DNA of 53,750 nucleotides from Thermodesulfovibrionales bacterium. GTDB lineage: Bacteria; Nitrospirota; Thermodesulfovibrionia; Thermodesulfovibrionales; CALJEL01. Location of the stretch: assembly GCA_041082235.1 (NCBI GenBank), contig JBDOIG010000308.1, positions 1 through 53,750 on the forward strand, in the 5' to 3' direction. This document shows, in pieces, positions 53,501 through 53,750 of the stretch. The position numbers and the translations under genes are program-made. The notes below the pieces were generated by a model that had not been told where the DNA came from, did not search any database, and worked only from the letters and a program-made list of their open reading frames with translations. Numbering within the stretch: the first letter of the stretch is position 1; every line of letters starts with the position of its first letter.

Positions 53501-53749
53501 AATCTTCACCCTTACTGTGAGCTCAGGAATGATATAGTTCTTTCCATCGTTTTTTACACCAATGCTTACAGATACATCCTCTCTGGGGCCATAGTTGATC
53601 TTGTCAGTAGTTACTGATGACTCTATTTTTATATCAGGTAGTATGTTAAATGGGGTGATATTTTCAGCAAGGACATCAGAGCTATCTCTTAATATTGTAT
53701 GTATCCTGTAGAGACCCGCATAAGTAGAGCCTGTATTCCACAGAAAATC
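50549..53749 (-). CDS. Large Ig-like/CARDB repeat protein, 5'-truncated by the window edge
   Basis: The frame stays open from 53749 (DFLWNTGSTYAG...) into the listed ORF; repeated WNTG / VIITDP beta-sandwich units and DKAGN / DIAGN Big-like motifs. Confidence 0.85.
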   Translation of the reverse strand, partial: DFLWNTGSTYAGLYRIHTILRDSSDVLAENITPFNILPDIKIESSVTTDKINYGPREDVSVSIGVKNDGKNYIIPELTVRVKITDTNNNILFTEDRKLKNLIPGALTTINSIWNTGLTAPGSYSASTEIYINNTLVSTEATSVSINPVFIITGDITASPSAVIFANNVQIDYVVKNTGNVSINGLPLKVIITDPESLDVMNTGQNIIDLHIDGSHAGQFKFSTQGYGLKSYVVILQYSYLGNTKNIASTSFTVKDGIPPVVNIISPVSGGYYNSEFDVSAIATDDASGVERVEYHIDDGTWKLLPVSDLSHGRYSITWSPVKADEGVRTISLRAIDKAGNISLPVSTTITIDLTPPEPPVIISPPDGSSVMSSVVDINGKTEPGSVVEMAFVNTYTTKADPITGKFAFPEVKLIPCTNTFAFITKDIAGNVSKQTIYTLYLDISKWLSGTILTSPNPVYQGKDESIAYMIQNNGSEDISNLGVKVVITDPDTQEIKQTFETTVNIPTSTIAGGNFNLPTLNLSPKRYLVTLWVFSEMICEPTALVSTTFEVNPAIEITKTIPDVTNLLVWVNDECEEECKQHTVDGRQGNDDEDDNKGKCIRIHLLEKILKEAVTSYFIVYDKKDFERELRNPYYTDMLILGDHHPLEDHYSDELREQVYSGKGLISVLYLKQGEHHEEHGEDEEEYDSLFGLRYKGHLSGDKHQVKILNSPVSEVGTLIAKGEALRIEVDNTDRVVAWIESFKQGHHISKKESWHHRREEYPGIVLNTYGLGKTVFYAFDIGVTLNDENYDQVSNLIKNSIAYIHRRPDSTTALPNQLIPVEIKLKSLGSAFDLRVTERYPSDIILYDPSTGKWITENPWIIDTHLEPNESKTILYYTLAPDKMGTYNLQTEIGYIEKGIYNLYQRLSVDIVVDMDALSMADNIIMALNTLTVSGHEKKMVDHAIASVQKVRNRIITFDRDTEQNIHDVLKAVDSILYVKSIDISYIRLMIDSLLKIWEGRYYISNFSLFSGYVTLRPYLSTIRFLKELSTSSSHCDMQITNRVVKGKNPKKSKGGKSCTHKENS

Positions 53750-53750
53750 A

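Overview
Gene-dense, AT-rich bacterial chromosomal segment with most genes on the minus strand. Gene content and order resemble a Nitrospirota (Thermodesulfovibrio-like) or deltaproteobacterial anaerobe (inference). Housekeeping blocks: ftsK-lolA-tsaD-tilS-murJ, uppP, archease-rtcB-mqnA, hrcA-grpE-dnaK-dnaJ with CIRCE, pdaD-speE-speB, ispA-dxs-tlyA, guaB-guaA, paired chromate transporters, a probable CC-adding enzyme and rlmD. Features missed by or not obvious from the ORF track: (1) a UGA-recoded HesB/IscA-like selenoprotein with a SECIS hairpin at 15734-16021; (2) a dispersed family of nested palindromic intergenic elements (at least 6 copies) with compensatory base changes, a core found in both orientations and REP-like hairpin doublets inserted in it; (3) a threonine operon interleaved with a ubiquitin-like sulfur relay (TusA, MoeB, JAB protease, a second ThrC paralog, a MoaD-like carrier ending GG-SLK, and a NIL protein); (4) a heme-c histidine kinase and sigma-54 activator beside a sigma-54 promoter driving a YeiH-like exporter and a 53-aa membrane peptide; (5) a PhcB-like methyltransferase, FabG and a catalytically degenerate FabF; (6) several apparently leaderless genes and two SD-led Met-X-stop mini-ORFs. 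No rRNA, tRNA, CRISPR array or transposase was recognised.
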